Made by a program: the position numbers and the translations under genes
Assembly (NCBI GenBank): GCA_003388555.1
Contig: QQVD01000027.1
Coordinates: 23,951 to 87,950 of the forward strand
Length of the DNA stretch: 64,000 nt
Reading direction: 5' to 3'
Origin: Acidobacteriota bacterium
GTDB lineage: Bacteria > Acidobacteriota > Thermoanaerobaculia > Multivoradales > Multivoraceae
Shown here: one piece after another, positions 36,492 to 47,365 of the stretch
How the letters are laid out: each line of letters opens with the position of its first letter
Numbering within the stretch: the stretch's first letter is position 1
Notes under the pieces: model-generated
Told to the model about the DNA's origin: nothing
Seen by the model: the letters and a program-made list of their open reading frames with translations, nothing else
Databases searched by the model: none

Positions 36492-37230
36492 CTACGGCTC
36501 CTGCTCGCCCGGGGCGAACAGGAAGAGGTGCTGACTCGGCAGCGAGGTGACGAGTCGGCGCAGCTCGAACCCGGCCGGCAGCCACTCCTTCTTCACCTGT
36601 TCGATCGACATGCGGTGCTCTGGCCTGATCCACGCCGCGCTTTCTCCCTCGAGCCGGTACTCGACCAGGGCCGCGACGCCGTCGTGGCGCAGCGCCCGGC
36701 GCATGGCTGCGAGCATCGGCTCGGGGCGGGCGAACTCGTGGTAGACGTCGACCAGCAGGATGAGGTCGACCGACGCCGGCGCCAGCTTGGGATCGTCCAC
36801 CGCGCCGAGCACGTAGTCGATGTTCGCGATCCCCTCGGACTCGGCGAGCCGGCGGGCGATCTCGAGCATCTCGGGCTGGATGTCGACGCACAGCACACGG
36901 CCCTCGGGTCCCACCTTCGACGCCATCCTGCGGGCGTGGTAGCCGCTGCCGCATCCCATGTCGACCGCGGTGTCGCCGGGCTCGAGGGGCAGCAGGGCGA
37001 GCAGCGCCGCGGGATCCTCCTCCTCGATCCGGCTGTCGCGCTCCAGCCAGCTGGCGCCGTGGAAGCTCATCACTCCCGCGATCTCGCGCCCTGCGTAGGT
37101 GCGCTCCTCGCCGGACTGCGCGAGGAGGCTCGGAGCGAGGAGGAGCGAGGTGAGAGCGAGAGCGAGAGCGAGCGCGGTGGCGAGGCAGAGCGGGCGCGTC
37201 GTTTCGGCCGGCTGGAGACGTGGGGTCATG
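36492..37230 (-). CDS. Secreted class I SAM-dependent methyltransferase
   Basis: Signal peptide (LALALALTSLLLAPSLLAQS), SAM motif I TAVDMGCGSGYHARRMA, motif II VLCVDIQ, motif III DLILLVDVYHEF. Confidence 0.7.
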
Positions 37231-37616
37231 GTGCGCTCCTGGAGTCGTTCGGCGGTCGGGCGACCGGGTGGCTCGCCGCGCGGGGCGGCACGGCAGCGGC
37301 GTGCGGGGTCTTCCCGCAGGCTGTCCCGGGTGTGGGTGTGAGGAGGGAGCGATCGCGGCAACGAAGTTTGCCGCACGAGCCCGCGATCCCGTCGCCGACT
37401 GCAGTTCGGTGACGGCCAGCGAACGGTTGCGCCGCGGCGACCCGGACCCTCCGCGGCAGTGTGCCGGGAACAGTCGGCGGTGCCGTGGCGTAGTGTGCAC
37501 GAGATCCCGAAGGGCACGACGGCACCCCGTCGCAGCGCCGGCAGGGCCTCGGCCCGTGCCTTCGCAGCGCGACGTCGGTCCGCGCACCCCCCCAGATTCC
37601 ACCAGAGGAGTTGTCA

Positions 37617-39775
37617 TGAAAGTCGAGAACGCGGAACTTCGGACCCTTGGCGCAGGCGGGTTGCGCGCCTCGATCGCGACCCTCGTCCTGCTCGTCGCGG
37701 CGGCCAGCGCGCCGGCCCAGGAGCCGGCGGAGCTGCCGGGCCACTGGGAGGGGGCCATCGAGATCCCCGGATCGCCGCTCGCCTTCGACGTCGATCTCGT
37801 GCTCGGCGAGGACGGGGCCTGGAGCGGCGACATCTCGATTCCGGCGCAGGGCGCCAAGGACGTGCCGCTGAAGGACCTCGCGATCGATGACGGCCGCATC
37901 CGCTTCGTGATCCCGGGCGTCCCGGGCGAGCCGACCTTCGACGGCGCCATCGAGGGCGAGGAGATCTCCGGCGACTTCACCCAGGGCGGGCAGTCGCTGA
38001 GCTTCTCGATGAGCGCCGGCGAGGATCTGGGCGAGAGGGCTCGCGCGGCCCTCGAAGGCATCGACGAGTACGTCGAGAAGGTGCTCGCGACCTTCGGCGT
38101 GCCCGGCGCCGCCGTCTCCGTGGTCGCCGGCGACGAGGTGGTGCTCGAGCGCGGCTACGGGGTGCGCGACGTCGAGAGTGGCGAGGCGGTGACTGCAGAC
38201 ACGCTGTTCGCGATCGGATCGACCTCCAAGGCCTTCACCGCCTTCGTTCTCGGCACTCTGGTCGACGAGGGACTGCTCGAGTGGGACGAGCCGGTGCGCG
38301 AGTACCTGCCCGACTTCCGGCTCTGGGACGAGCACGCCACCCAGCGCCTCAAGGTGCGCGACCTGCTGATCCACAGCTCGGGGCTGCCGCGCCACGACCT
38401 GGTCTGGTACGGCTCGGACGCCAGCCGAGCCGAGCTCTTCGCGCGCCTGCGCCACCTCGAGCCGACCCGCGATCTCGGCGAGGAGTACCAGTACCAGAAC
38501 CTCATGTTCATGACCGCGGGATGGCTCGCCGAGCGCATCACCGGCAAGACCTGGGAGGAGTTGGTGCGAGAGCGCATCTTCGAGCCTCTCGGCATCGAGC
38601 GCGCGAACTTCTCGGTCGAGGAGTCCGGGCGCGACGCCGACGCCGCCACGCCGCACCAGGTGGAGGACCGCACGGCGAAGCCGGTGCCCTTCCGCAACAT
38701 CGACGCGATCGGCCCGGCCGGCTCGATCAACGCCTCGGCGACCTCGGCATCGAAGTGGATGCAGATGCTGCTCAGCGGCGGCGAGTTCGGCGGTGAGCGC
38801 CTGATCGAGTCCGCGACGCTGCGCGAGATGGTCACCAACCACATGGCGATCGGGGCCTTTCCCGAGGACCAGACCTCGATGGTGATGGGCTACGGCCTTG
38901 GCTGGGTGCTCGAGGCGCACCGCGGCAAGTTCCTAGCCCATCACGGCGGCGGGATCGACGGCTTCATCTCGTGGATCGCGATCGCGCCGCGCGAGCGCTT
39001 CGGAGTGGCGGTCTACACCAACGGCGCCGGCATGAACCCGGTGCCGACGGTGGTCGGCCGCGCCATCCTCGACCGCGTTCTCGGCCTCGCCGAGCGCGAG
39101 GAGATCGACTACCTGGCCAAGGCCGAGGAGAACCTGAAGCAGTTCGCCGAGGCGCAGGCGAAGCAGGAGGAGAGCGAGCAGGAACGGCGGATCGAAGGCA
39201 CCAGCCCGAGCCGCGCGCTGGCCGAGTACGCCGGAGAGTACGAGCACCCCGGCTACGGAGCGGTGAAGGTGACCCTCGATGGCGAGTCCCTGGCGCTGGA
39301 GTACAACGGCATGCGAGCCGGTCTCGAGCACTGGCACTACGACACCTTCAGCGCGGTGGCCCGGAACGAGAGCGAAGAGGACCTCGAGGACACCAAGATC
39401 CTCTTCCGAGCCGACGTCGACGGTCACATCGTCGAGGCGCTGGTCGCCCTCGAGCAGACCCTGCCGCCGATCGTGCTCGAGAAGGCGCCCGACGCCAGGC
39501 TCACCGATCCTGGGTACCTGCAGCGCTTCGTCGGCCGCTACCAGCTCGACGAGCAGATCGCCGTCGTCAGCCTGGCCGGCGACCGGCTCAAGGTCGCCCT
39601 GCCCGGCCAGCCGGTCTACACCCTGGAGCCCGAGCAGGGCTCCGAGTTCGCACTCGAAGGCCTGCCCGGCTTCTCGCTCGAGTTCCAGTTCGCCGAAGGC
39701 GGCGAGGAGACCGTCAGCGGTGCGCGCTTCATCCAGCCCAACGGCATCTTCGAGGCGACGCGGATCGAGGAGTAG
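37617..39775 (+). CDS. Large secreted serine hydrolase (beta-lactamase/PBP-related) with additional N- and C-terminal domains
   Basis: Signal peptide; S-x-x-K (LFAIGSTSKAFTAFVLG), YQN-like (EYQYQNLMF), HGG motif (LAHHGGGIDGF); ~720 aa, so ~300 extra residues beyond a canonical class C fold. Confidence 0.8.
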
Positions 39776-39796
39776 GTCGCAGCCCGGTCATCGCGG

Positions 39797-41209
39797 TCAT
39801 CCCGGTGGATCGGGACCGCTCTCCACCTCCTCCTCGACGTCGTGCACCCACAGAGCGACGACGACCGCGGCGGCGGAGATCGCCGCGCCGAGCAGGAACG
39901 ATCCCGGCAGGCGGTTCGGATCGCCGCCGTAGGCGACGGTCATCGCGGTGATGCCGAAGGCGACACCGACCTGGTTCATCAGCCGCGCCGAGGCGGTGGC
40001 GATGCCGAGGTCCTCGAGCGGCACCGAGCTCGACAGCGCCGTGGTCAGGGGCGGGATGCAGACTCCCTGGCCGACGCCCTGCAGCATCAGGCCGACGCCG
40101 ATGGTGACCAGGGTGGCGGCCGACCCGGCCTGGCTGCCGTAGGCGAGCACCAGCATCGAGGCGGTGATCACCACGGTGCCGAGCAGCGCGGCGCGGCGCT
40201 CGCCGATGCGCTCGCCGAGGCGGCCGCCGACCGGCGAGGAGATGGTCAGCGAGACGGTGCGGATGGCCATGAACAGCGCCGCCGCGGTGATCGTCATCTC
40301 GAAGCGGGCGAGGAGCAGGAACGGAGCGAGCACGAAGGCGCCCATGTAGGCCGCTCCCTGCAGCATGTTGGAGAGCAGCGGCGCGGTGAAGTTGCGCTCG
40401 CGGAAGAAGCCGAGCGGCAGCAGCGGCCGGGCGACGCGCCGCTCGACGAGCACGAAGAGGACCGCCGCGACCGCGCCGAACGCAAAGCAGCCGAGCAGGA
40501 GGGGGCTGGTCAGGCCCAGCTCGCGCGCCTGGCTGAGGCCGTACATCGAGGCGCCGACCGCGACGGTGAGGGTGGCGGCGCCGAGCAGGTCGAAGCGCAC
40601 CGACTGGCGCGGCGTCTCTCGCAGGACGAAGACGGCGAAGGCGAGGGCCACGAAGCCGAAGAGCCCCTGCAGCAGGAAGACGATGCGCCAGCCGAAGGCG
40701 TCGACCAGCGGCCCGCCGGCGATCAGGCCCAGTGCCGGCGCACCGGCGCCGACCATCGACCACCAGCCCATCGCGCGGTTGCGTTGCCGTGGCGCGAACT
40801 CGCGGAAGATGAGCGCCATCGAGCTCGGCTGGGTGGCGCCGCCGAGCACTCCCGCGACGATGCGCAGGGCGATCAGCGATCCGGCGCTCCAGGCGAAGGC
40901 GGTGGCCACCGATGCCGCGGCGCCGCCGAGCGAACCGAGCAGGTAGATCCGCCGGTGGCCGTGCAGGTCGCCGAGCTTGCCGAGCACCGGCAGGGCGACG
41001 GCAGAGAAGAGGATCGGTCCGGTGACCGCCCAGGCCATCGTGGTCTCGGAGGAGCCCAGCTCGTCGCTGAGCAGCCGCAACGACACGGTCAGGATGGTGA
41101 ACGAGAAGTTCGTCGCGAACATCCCCATGAGTGCGGTCACCAGCACCCACTGGGGGTAGCGACCGCGCGCCTCGAGCGCGGCGACGACGTCGGTGCGGCG
41201 GAGAAGCAA
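39797..41209 (-). CDS. MFS transporter (DHA2/EmrB-like, 14 TM predicted)
   Basis: MFS signature GKLGDLHGHRRIYLLG (motif A) and repeated TM helices throughout 470 aa. Confidence 0.85.
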   Translation of the reverse strand: MLLRRTDVVAALEARGRYPQWVLVTALMGMFATNFSFTILTVSLRLLSDELGSSETTMAWAVTGPILFSAVALPVLGKLGDLHGHRRIYLLGSLGGAAASVATAFAWSAGSLIALRIVAGVLGGATQPSSMALIFREFAPRQRNRAMGWWSMVGAGAPALGLIAGGPLVDAFGWRIVFLLQGLFGFVALAFAVFVLRETPRQSVRFDLLGAATLTVAVGASMYGLSQARELGLTSPLLLGCFAFGAVAAVLFVLVERRVARPLLPLGFFRERNFTAPLLSNMLQGAAYMGAFVLAPFLLLARFEMTITAAALFMAIRTVSLTISSPVGGRLGERIGERRAALLGTVVITASMLVLAYGSQAGSAATLVTIGVGLMLQGVGQGVCIPPLTTALSSSVPLEDLGIATASARLMNQVGVAFGITAMTVAYGGDPNRLPGSFLLGAAISAAAVVVALWVHDVEEEVESGPDPPG

Positions 41210-41946
41210 CCGTGGAGCTCCAGGGGCCTGGGAGAGGGTGCCCGCCGGCCGTGTCCCGTCGGGCCGCGGTGCGGCGAGGATGCAGCAGGAGGAGAGGTGT
41301 TGCGGGAGGCTGCGCGAGCGGAGGGCTTCCCGGGGGGTGGCGACGCGGGAGGCAGTCTACGACCGGCCGACGGGTTCGACGAGGCGACGTGGTGCGGCGA
41401 ACGATCACCATCGCCGGTGCTGACTCCGGCCGTCGCCGTGGCGACGGGCCGACTGCGTTCGGCGAAGGACCGGGAGACGAGGGCGATCGCGGCGGTTGAT
41501 CCATGCCCGGCGCCTCCGGTGTCAGGTGAATCGGCAGCCCGAACCGAGGAGGCAAGGCCCTCGAGGGCAGAGGCACGGCAGGACCGGTGAACCGGCCCTG
41601 CTGCCCTCCTGGCGCAGTGCCGGGGCTGTGGCCGAGGTCACTTCGTGTCACACCGAACGCACCGACTCGAACCTGGCGAGCGGATTGCAGCATGACAAGA
41701 TCTGCCGGTTCTCGTCCGCGTTCGTCCTACCCAGTGACCGGCGGTCGTGTCCCGCCCCGGAAGTCCGGGGCGCCCGGAGCCCAGGGACGGTCGCCGTGCT
41801 GCGGCGGTATCGCCAGCGGCGGCAGGTCCCGGAATCGTCGGAGTGCCCGTCCTTGGGTCCACGACGCGCTGCAGGTCGCCCTCGGACCCCCGTCGCGCCC
41901 CGACTGCAAATGGGCTGCGCCCTCGACGCCCCCGTCCCTGGATCGG

Positions 41947-42022
41947 CTCCGACCCGCTCCGACCCCGCTCCGACCCCGCTTCGACCCCACTCCGACCCCA
42001 CTCCGACCCCACTTCGATTCAC
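41947..42022. repeat. Tandem 11-bp direct repeat x ~7 (CTCCGACCCCR) in long divergent intergenic region
   Basis: ctccgacccg/ctccgaccccg/ctccgaccccg/cttcgaccccA/ctccgaccccA/ctccgaccccA/cttcgattcac read directly; ~75 bp upstream of the GAF-kinase start codon. Confidence 0.6.
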
Positions 42023-42096
42023 CTCGGTCCGAATCGATCCGCCGCTCCGAACGGGCGGCTCCGGTCGGCTACGCCTGACCCGAACCTCGAACGACG

Positions 42097-43755
42097 ATGT
42101 TCCGCTCCACCGCACCCCCCTCCCGCCTCACCGCGGCCGAGCGACTCGAGCGCCTGCGCGCCTTCGCCGCCGCTGCGGGAGAGCAGGACAACCTCGACGA
42201 CCTGCTGTGGACGCTCGCCGAGCAGATCGGGCGGCTGCTCGGCTACGAGGACTGCGTCATCTACCTGCGCAACGGCGACGTGCTCGAGCAGGTCGCCGCC
42301 TTCGGCGTCAAGACGGCCGCTCCAGGGAGGGTGCAGGAGCCGATCGCAGTGCCGGTGGGCCAAGGCATCGTCGGCACCGTGGCTCTCACCGGCGAGCCCG
42401 AGCTGGTCGCCGACACCCGCTGCGACCGGCGCTACATCGCCGACCAGTTCGAGGGTGCGTCCGAGCTCGCGGTGCCGATCCGCTTCGAGGGCCGCACCAT
42501 CGGTGTGCTCGACTCCGAAGCCTCGCTTCCCGGCTTCTTCGGCCAGGATGACCTGAAGCTGTTCGAGACGATCGCCGACATCGCCGCGGTGCGCATCGCC
42601 TGGCTGCGCTCGGAGCGGCGCCGTCAGAGCGAGCTGGAGAACGGGCACGAGGAGCGCCTCGAGGCTCTGGGTCGTCTCGGCGGCGGCATCGCCCACGACA
42701 TCAACAACCAGCTCGCGGTGCTGGCGCTCAGCGCCGAGCTGGCGCGGCACGCAGACACCGCTGCGGAGCAGGAAGAGGCGCTCGCCGAGATCGACGACGC
42801 GGTCACGGCGATCCGCTCCATCACCAGGCGACTGCAGGTCTTCTCGTCGGGAGGCGCACCGCTGCGCGAGCCCCTCGAGCTGGGGCCGTTGGTGCGCCAG
42901 GTCCTGGCTTCGATGGAGCTGCCCGTCGCGATCGCACTCGAGGTCCGCGAGGAGCACGATCTGCCCTGGATCCAGGGAGATCCGGCGCAGCTGCGCGAGG
43001 TCGTCGAGGGCCTGGTGAGCAACGCCGTCGAGGCGATGGAGGGGCGCGGCCGGCTGCGGATCGAGCTGATCTGCCCGGGACGCGAGACCGCCGAGCCGAG
43101 CCTCGCGCTGCTCATCCGCGACGATGGGCCGGGAGTCGACGCGGTGGCTCGAGGGCGTCTGTTCGACCCCTACTTCTCCTCGCGCGGGCCCGGCCGTGGC
43201 CTGGGGCTGGCGACCGCCTACTGGATCGTCCTCCGGCACGGCGGTCGGCTCGAGCTGCTCGAGAGGGGCGCGGCCACCGGCGCCGCGTTCCAGGTCACCC
43301 TGCCCGCGATCGTCGGGCGGGTCGCGATGCCGGAGAGCGTGCAATCCGAAGCGACGCAGGACGCCGTCGTCGCGCGACCGCTGCGTATTCTCGTGCTCGA
43401 CGACGAGGAGCCGATTCGCCGTCTCATCGTGCGCCTGCTCCAGCGCCACGGTCACCGCATCGAAACGATCGCCGACGGTGGTGAGGCGGCCGGCAAGTGG
43501 GAGGCGTCGCTGGCTGCGGGCGACCCCTTCGACCTCGCCCTCTTCGATCTGGTCATCGAGGGCGGTGTCGGTGGCGCCGAGGCCCTGCGGCAGGTGCTCG
43601 AGGTCGACCCCGGGGCTCGCGCGGTGGTCATGAGCGGCCACAGTGACGACCAGGTGATGGCGCGTCATCGCGAGCACGGCTTCGTGGCGCGGCTCGAGAA
43701 GCCGTTCGATGCCCGGACCCTCGAGCGGGCCCTGGCCGTGGCGCGGCGATCCTGA
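42097..43755 (+). CDS. Hybrid sensor histidine kinase: GAF domain + HisKA/HATPase + C-terminal receiver
   Basis: GAF (GIVGTVALTGEPELVADTRCDRRYI...), H-box LGRLGGGIAHDINNQLAVL, G-boxes (DDGPGV, GRGLGLA), receiver (ILVLDDEEPIRRL...DLALFDLVI...EKPFD). Confidence 0.8.
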   Translation: MFRSTAPPSRLTAAERLERLRAFAAAAGEQDNLDDLLWTLAEQIGRLLGYEDCVIYLRNGDVLEQVAAFGVKTAAPGRVQEPIAVPVGQGIVGTVALTGEPELVADTRCDRRYIADQFEGASELAVPIRFEGRTIGVLDSEASLPGFFGQDDLKLFETIADIAAVRIAWLRSERRRQSELENGHEERLEALGRLGGGIAHDINNQLAVLALSAELARHADTAAEQEEALAEIDDAVTAIRSITRRLQVFSSGGAPLREPLELGPLVRQVLASMELPVAIALEVREEHDLPWIQGDPAQLREVVEGLVSNAVEAMEGRGRLRIELICPGRETAEPSLALLIRDDGPGVDAVARGRLFDPYFSSRGPGRGLGLATAYWIVLRHGGRLELLERGAATGAAFQVTLPAIVGRVAMPESVQSEATQDAVVARPLRILVLDDEEPIRRLIVRLLQRHGHRIETIADGGEAAGKWEASLAAGDPFDLALFDLVIEGGVGGAEALRQVLEVDPGARAVVMSGHSDDQVMARHREHGFVARLEKPFDARTLERALAVARRS

Positions 43756-43840
43756 GCGGTACGGTCGCTCGGCCTCAGCGACGCCGCGGTCCGGTTGCGC
43801 CAAAGGTGAGCCGGCCGCACGCGCGATTGCGTCGACCCGA

Positions 43841-44737
43841 TCAGAACCCCTGGTCGGAGAAGGTCTCGCAGGCCTGGCGGATGTCGCTGGAGGCGAGGCC
43901 CTCGCGCAGCCAGTGCTGGCGTTGCTCCGACGAGCCGTGGGTCCACGACTCCGGCACCACGTAGCCTTGCGAGCGCTTCTGGATGTTGTCGTCGCCGATG
44001 GCCGCGGCGGCACGCAGGCCCTCCTCGACGTCGCCCGGCTCGAGCAGAGCCTGACGCCGGTGCGCCTGCGCGGCCCAGAATCCGGCCAGGCAGTCGGCCT
44101 GCAGCTCGAGGCGCACCGACAGCTGGTTCGCCTGTTCCCGCGACGTGCGCGCTTGCATCTGTCGTACCTGGGTGGAGATGCCGAGCAGGTTCTGGACGTG
44201 GTGGCCGACCTCGTGCGCGATCACGTACGCCTGCGCGAAATCGCCCGGGGCACCGAACCGGCGCGACAGCTGGTCGAAGAACGACAGGTCGATGTAGATC
44301 TTGCGGTCCGCCGGACAGTAGAACGGGCCGACGGCGGCCGAGTTGAAGCCGCAGTCCGAGTCGACCGAATCGGTGAACAGCACCAGGCCGGGCTCCTGGT
44401 ACTGCAGCCCGAGCTGCGGGAACGCCTCGTGCCAGATCTCCTCGGTGCTGCGCAGCACGACGGCGGCGAACTGCCCCAGCTCATCGGACGGCGGCGCCGC
44501 ATCGGCTGGCGGCAAGCCCACGTCGGCGCTCGGCGCCGAGGCGCCCGAGAGCAGCTGCAGCAGCGCCGCCGGGTCGTTGCCGGTGAGCACCGCGAAGACG
44601 ATCACTAGCAGGAGCCCGCCGCAGCCGATCGAGCCGACCCGGCCGCCGGTGCCGCTGGGCAGCCGCATGCCACCGCCGCGGCCTCGGCCTCGGCGATCCT
44701 CGACGTTGCGGCTCTGCTGCCTGCCTCTCCAGCGCAT
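43841..44737 (-). CDS. Putative neutral zinc metallopeptidase (YpfJ/Zn_peptidase_2 family)
   Basis: HExxH motif VIAHEVGHHVQNLLG in a ~290 aa protein with N-terminal TM segment (GLLLVIVFAVL); architecture typical of YpfJ-like peptidases. True start may be the internal MRLPSG methionine. Confidence 0.7.
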   Translation of the reverse strand: MRWRGRQQSRNVEDRRGRGRGGGMRLPSGTGGRVGSIGCGGLLLVIVFAVLTGNDPAALLQLLSGASAPSADVGLPPADAAPPSDELGQFAAVVLRSTEEIWHEAFPQLGLQYQEPGLVLFTDSVDSDCGFNSAAVGPFYCPADRKIYIDLSFFDQLSRRFGAPGDFAQAYVIAHEVGHHVQNLLGISTQVRQMQARTSREQANQLSVRLELQADCLAGFWAAQAHRRQALLEPGDVEEGLRAAAAIGDDNIQKRSQGYVVPESWTHGSSEQRQHWLREGLASSDIRQACETFSDQGF

Positions 44738-44944
44738 GACGGATCTCCTGCCGAGTCGGCGGCGAGCTCCCGGCGTCTGGTCGCGGGGCTCGTGGCGGGC
44801 GCGAGTCTACGCTGCGCGGCGCTGGCAGCGCGTAGCCGGTCGGTGACCGCCGGTCCTCCATCGGGTCGCAGGGCGGTGCAGGCGAGTGCATGGCAGAGTC
44901 GGGGCGACGACGCTCTCCCCGACCGACGACTCTCCTCGACGCCG

Positions 44945-46021
44945 ATGAACACCGACGAGCTGCGCCGGACCCTGCGCGACTTTCCGCGCGTCTCGCTGGC
45001 GCGCCTGCCGACGCCGGTGGTCGAGCTGCCGCGCCTGGCCGCTGCGGCGGGCGCTCGCCGGCTGCTCTGCAAGGCGGACCACGAGACCGGGCTCGCCTTC
45101 GGCGGCAACAAGGTGCGGCAGCTCGAGTTCTCGCTCGGCGCCGCCCGGTCCGAAGGCGCCGACACGGTGCTGATCACCGGCGCGGTGCAGAGCAACTACG
45201 TGCGCTGCGCGGCGGCCGCCGCGGCGCGACTCGGCATGGCCTGCCACGTGCAGCTCGAGGCGCGGGTGCCGCGACAGGACGCCGGTTACCGGACCTCGGG
45301 CAACGTGCTGCTCGATCGCCTGCTCGGGGCGATCGTGCACGAGTACCCGGAGGGCGAGGACGAGGCCGGGGCCGACGCGGCGATGGAGCGGCTCGCCGAA
45401 CGACTGGCCGCCGAGGGTCGTCGCCCCTACCTGGTCCGTCTGGCGCCCGGGCCGCCGCCGCTCGGTGCTCTCGCCTACGTCGAGGCCGCCGCCGAGCTCC
45501 TCGAGCAGGGGGCGCTCGAAGAGATCGCCGAGATCGTGGTCGGCTCGGGCAGCGGGCACACCCACGCCGGGCTGCTGGTCGGGCTGCGCAGGCTGGGGCA
45601 GCGCACGCCGGTCTGTGGGGTCTGCGTGCGTCGTCCCGCCGGCGCCCAGGCCGAGAGGATCGCGGCGCGCTGCCGCGAGGTCGAGCAGCTGCTCGGCGGG
45701 CCGTCGGGCGAAGGTGGCGTGACCGCGACCGACGTCGTCGTCGACGACGCGGTGCTGGCCCCCGGTTACGGACGCTTGAGCTCCGCGGTGCGTGGCGCCA
45801 TGCAGCTCGCGGCGCGCAGCGAGGGACTGCTGCTCGATCCGGTCTACACCGGACGGGCGATGGCGGGTCTGCTGCGGCGCGCTGCCGCGCGCCGCCGTGC
45901 CGGAAGTCCGGGGTCGTTCCTTTTCCTGCACACCGGAGGACTGCCTGCCCTCTTCGCCTACGGCGACGAGGTGCTCGCCAGCTCCGCGGCGGTGGAGGGA
46001 GCCAGCTCGGCGACGGGGTAG
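44945..46021 (+). CDS. PLP-dependent D-cysteine desulfhydrase / ACC deaminase family protein
   Basis: Signature FGGNKVRQLEFSLGAA (GGNKxRKLE of DcyD/ACC deaminase), Lys of PLP site, SGSGHT glycine loop. Confidence 0.8.
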   Translation: MNTDELRRTLRDFPRVSLARLPTPVVELPRLAAAAGARRLLCKADHETGLAFGGNKVRQLEFSLGAARSEGADTVLITGAVQSNYVRCAAAAAARLGMACHVQLEARVPRQDAGYRTSGNVLLDRLLGAIVHEYPEGEDEAGADAAMERLAERLAAEGRRPYLVRLAPGPPPLGALAYVEAAAELLEQGALEEIAEIVVGSGSGHTHAGLLVGLRRLGQRTPVCGVCVRRPAGAQAERIAARCREVEQLLGGPSGEGGVTATDVVVDDAVLAPGYGRLSSAVRGAMQLAARSEGLLLDPVYTGRAMAGLLRRAAARRRAGSPGSFLFLHTGGLPALFAYGDEVLASSAAVEGASSATG

Positions 46022-47241
46022 CCAGCGGTGGCGAGAGCCTGCTCGAGGTCCACGAGGCTGGCCGAGCCGGAGACCGTGACCAGACCGGCGGGCCGGTCGA
46101 CGTCGGCACGCACGACGCCGGGCACCGCGAGCAACGCTCCCTCGACGCGCCGTGCGCAGCCGTCGCAGGTCATGCCGGTGACCGCGAGGTGGCGACCGGG
46201 GGGCGATCCGGATCCGGAGCGAGAGCCCCGCCAGCGGCGGGCCAGCCGCAGGGCGTCTTCGAACGCGAAGCGGGCGAGCAGCGCCAGGAGCAGCATGGCG
46301 GCGGCAACGGCCCACCACGAGACGCCGTGCTCGTGGCCCTGGCGCAGTGCCTCCTGGGCCGGGATCAGGCGCTCGAACAGCACCCCGGCGAGCAGGCTGC
46401 CGACCACCAGAACGGTCAGATAGACGCCCAGCACGCGGGCGCCGAAGCCGCGCAGCACGGCTCCGAGCGTCGCCACGTTGGTCGCCGGTCCGGCCATCAG
46501 GAAGACCAGTGCGGCGCCGGCCGGCATGCCGCCCGCGACCAGGGCGGCGGCGATCGGGACCGAGGCGGTGGCGCAGACGTACAGAGGCAGCGAGACGGCG
46601 AGCGCCACCAGGCCGGCGCCGAGGGGACCGAGCGCGCCGAGGCCGGCGAGCACCCGTTCCGGGACCAGGACGTCGATCAGGGCGCTGATCACGACGCCGA
46701 CCACCAGCCAGCCCCAGATCGTCTGCAGCAGCTCGAGACCGTAGCGGCAGAGTTCGATCGGCCAGGGCCGGCGGGGCCCGGAGTCGTCGTCGCCGCCGTC
46801 GGTGCGGAGGCGGGCGTCGCCGCCCTCGGGCACCAGGTCGGCCCACCAGCCGCCGACCACCCCGAGCACCGCCGCAGCCGCCACCTTGAACAGTGCGAAG
46901 GGCCAGCCGAGGAACGAGGCGCTGACCAGGATCGAGTCGACCCCCGTCTCGGGCGTCGAGATCATGAAGCCGATCGAAGCCCCACGGCTGGCGCCTTCGC
47001 GGCGCAACCCGAGGCCGGCCGGGATGACCCCGCACGAACAGAGCGGCATCGGCACCCCGACCAGCACCGCCTTGACCACCCCCCAACGCCCCTGCAGCGC
47101 GCCGCGCACCAGCCTGCGGGGGAGGGCCACGTGGAGCACACCGGCGACCAGGGTGCCGAGGAGCAGCCAGGGAGCGAGCTCGAGCAGGATCTCCCAGCAG
47201 GAGGCGGCGAGCTGCTCGATCGCAGGAACCGCCGCGCTCAC
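45958..47241 (-). CDS. Predicted permease (COG0701/DUF318-like) fused to C-terminal heavy-metal-associated (HMA) domain
   Basis: ~330 aa polytopic permease with paired Cys (PMPLCSCGVIP; LPLYVCATASVP) followed by HMA motif LAVTGMTCDGCARRVEGAL; GTG start assigned; 3' end overlaps convergent dcyD-like gene. Confidence 0.7.
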   Translation of the reverse strand: MSAAVPAIEQLAASCWEILLELAPWLLLGTLVAGVLHVALPRRLVRGALQGRWGVVKAVLVGVPMPLCSCGVIPAGLGLRREGASRGASIGFMISTPETGVDSILVSASFLGWPFALFKVAAAAVLGVVGGWWADLVPEGGDARLRTDGGDDDSGPRRPWPIELCRYGLELLQTIWGWLVVGVVISALIDVLVPERVLAGLGALGPLGAGLVALAVSLPLYVCATASVPIAAALVAGGMPAGAALVFLMAGPATNVATLGAVLRGFGARVLGVYLTVLVVGSLLAGVLFERLIPAQEALRQGHEHGVSWWAVAAAMLLLALLARFAFEDALRLARRWRGSRSGSGSPPGRHLAVTGMTCDGCARRVEGALLAVPGVVRADVDRPAGLVTVSGSASLVDLEQALATAGYPVAELAPSTAAELASTSSP

Positions 47242-47365
47242 GGAGTCGCTCCGATGGCGCGCGGGCCTTCGTGTGAGGCCCGGGTCCCCGTGCGGAAGGG
47301 GCCGACGTCGGATGGGTTCGGCTCGACGCCGGGCCACGGCGCAGCGATCGCTCCGACCGTGCGAC

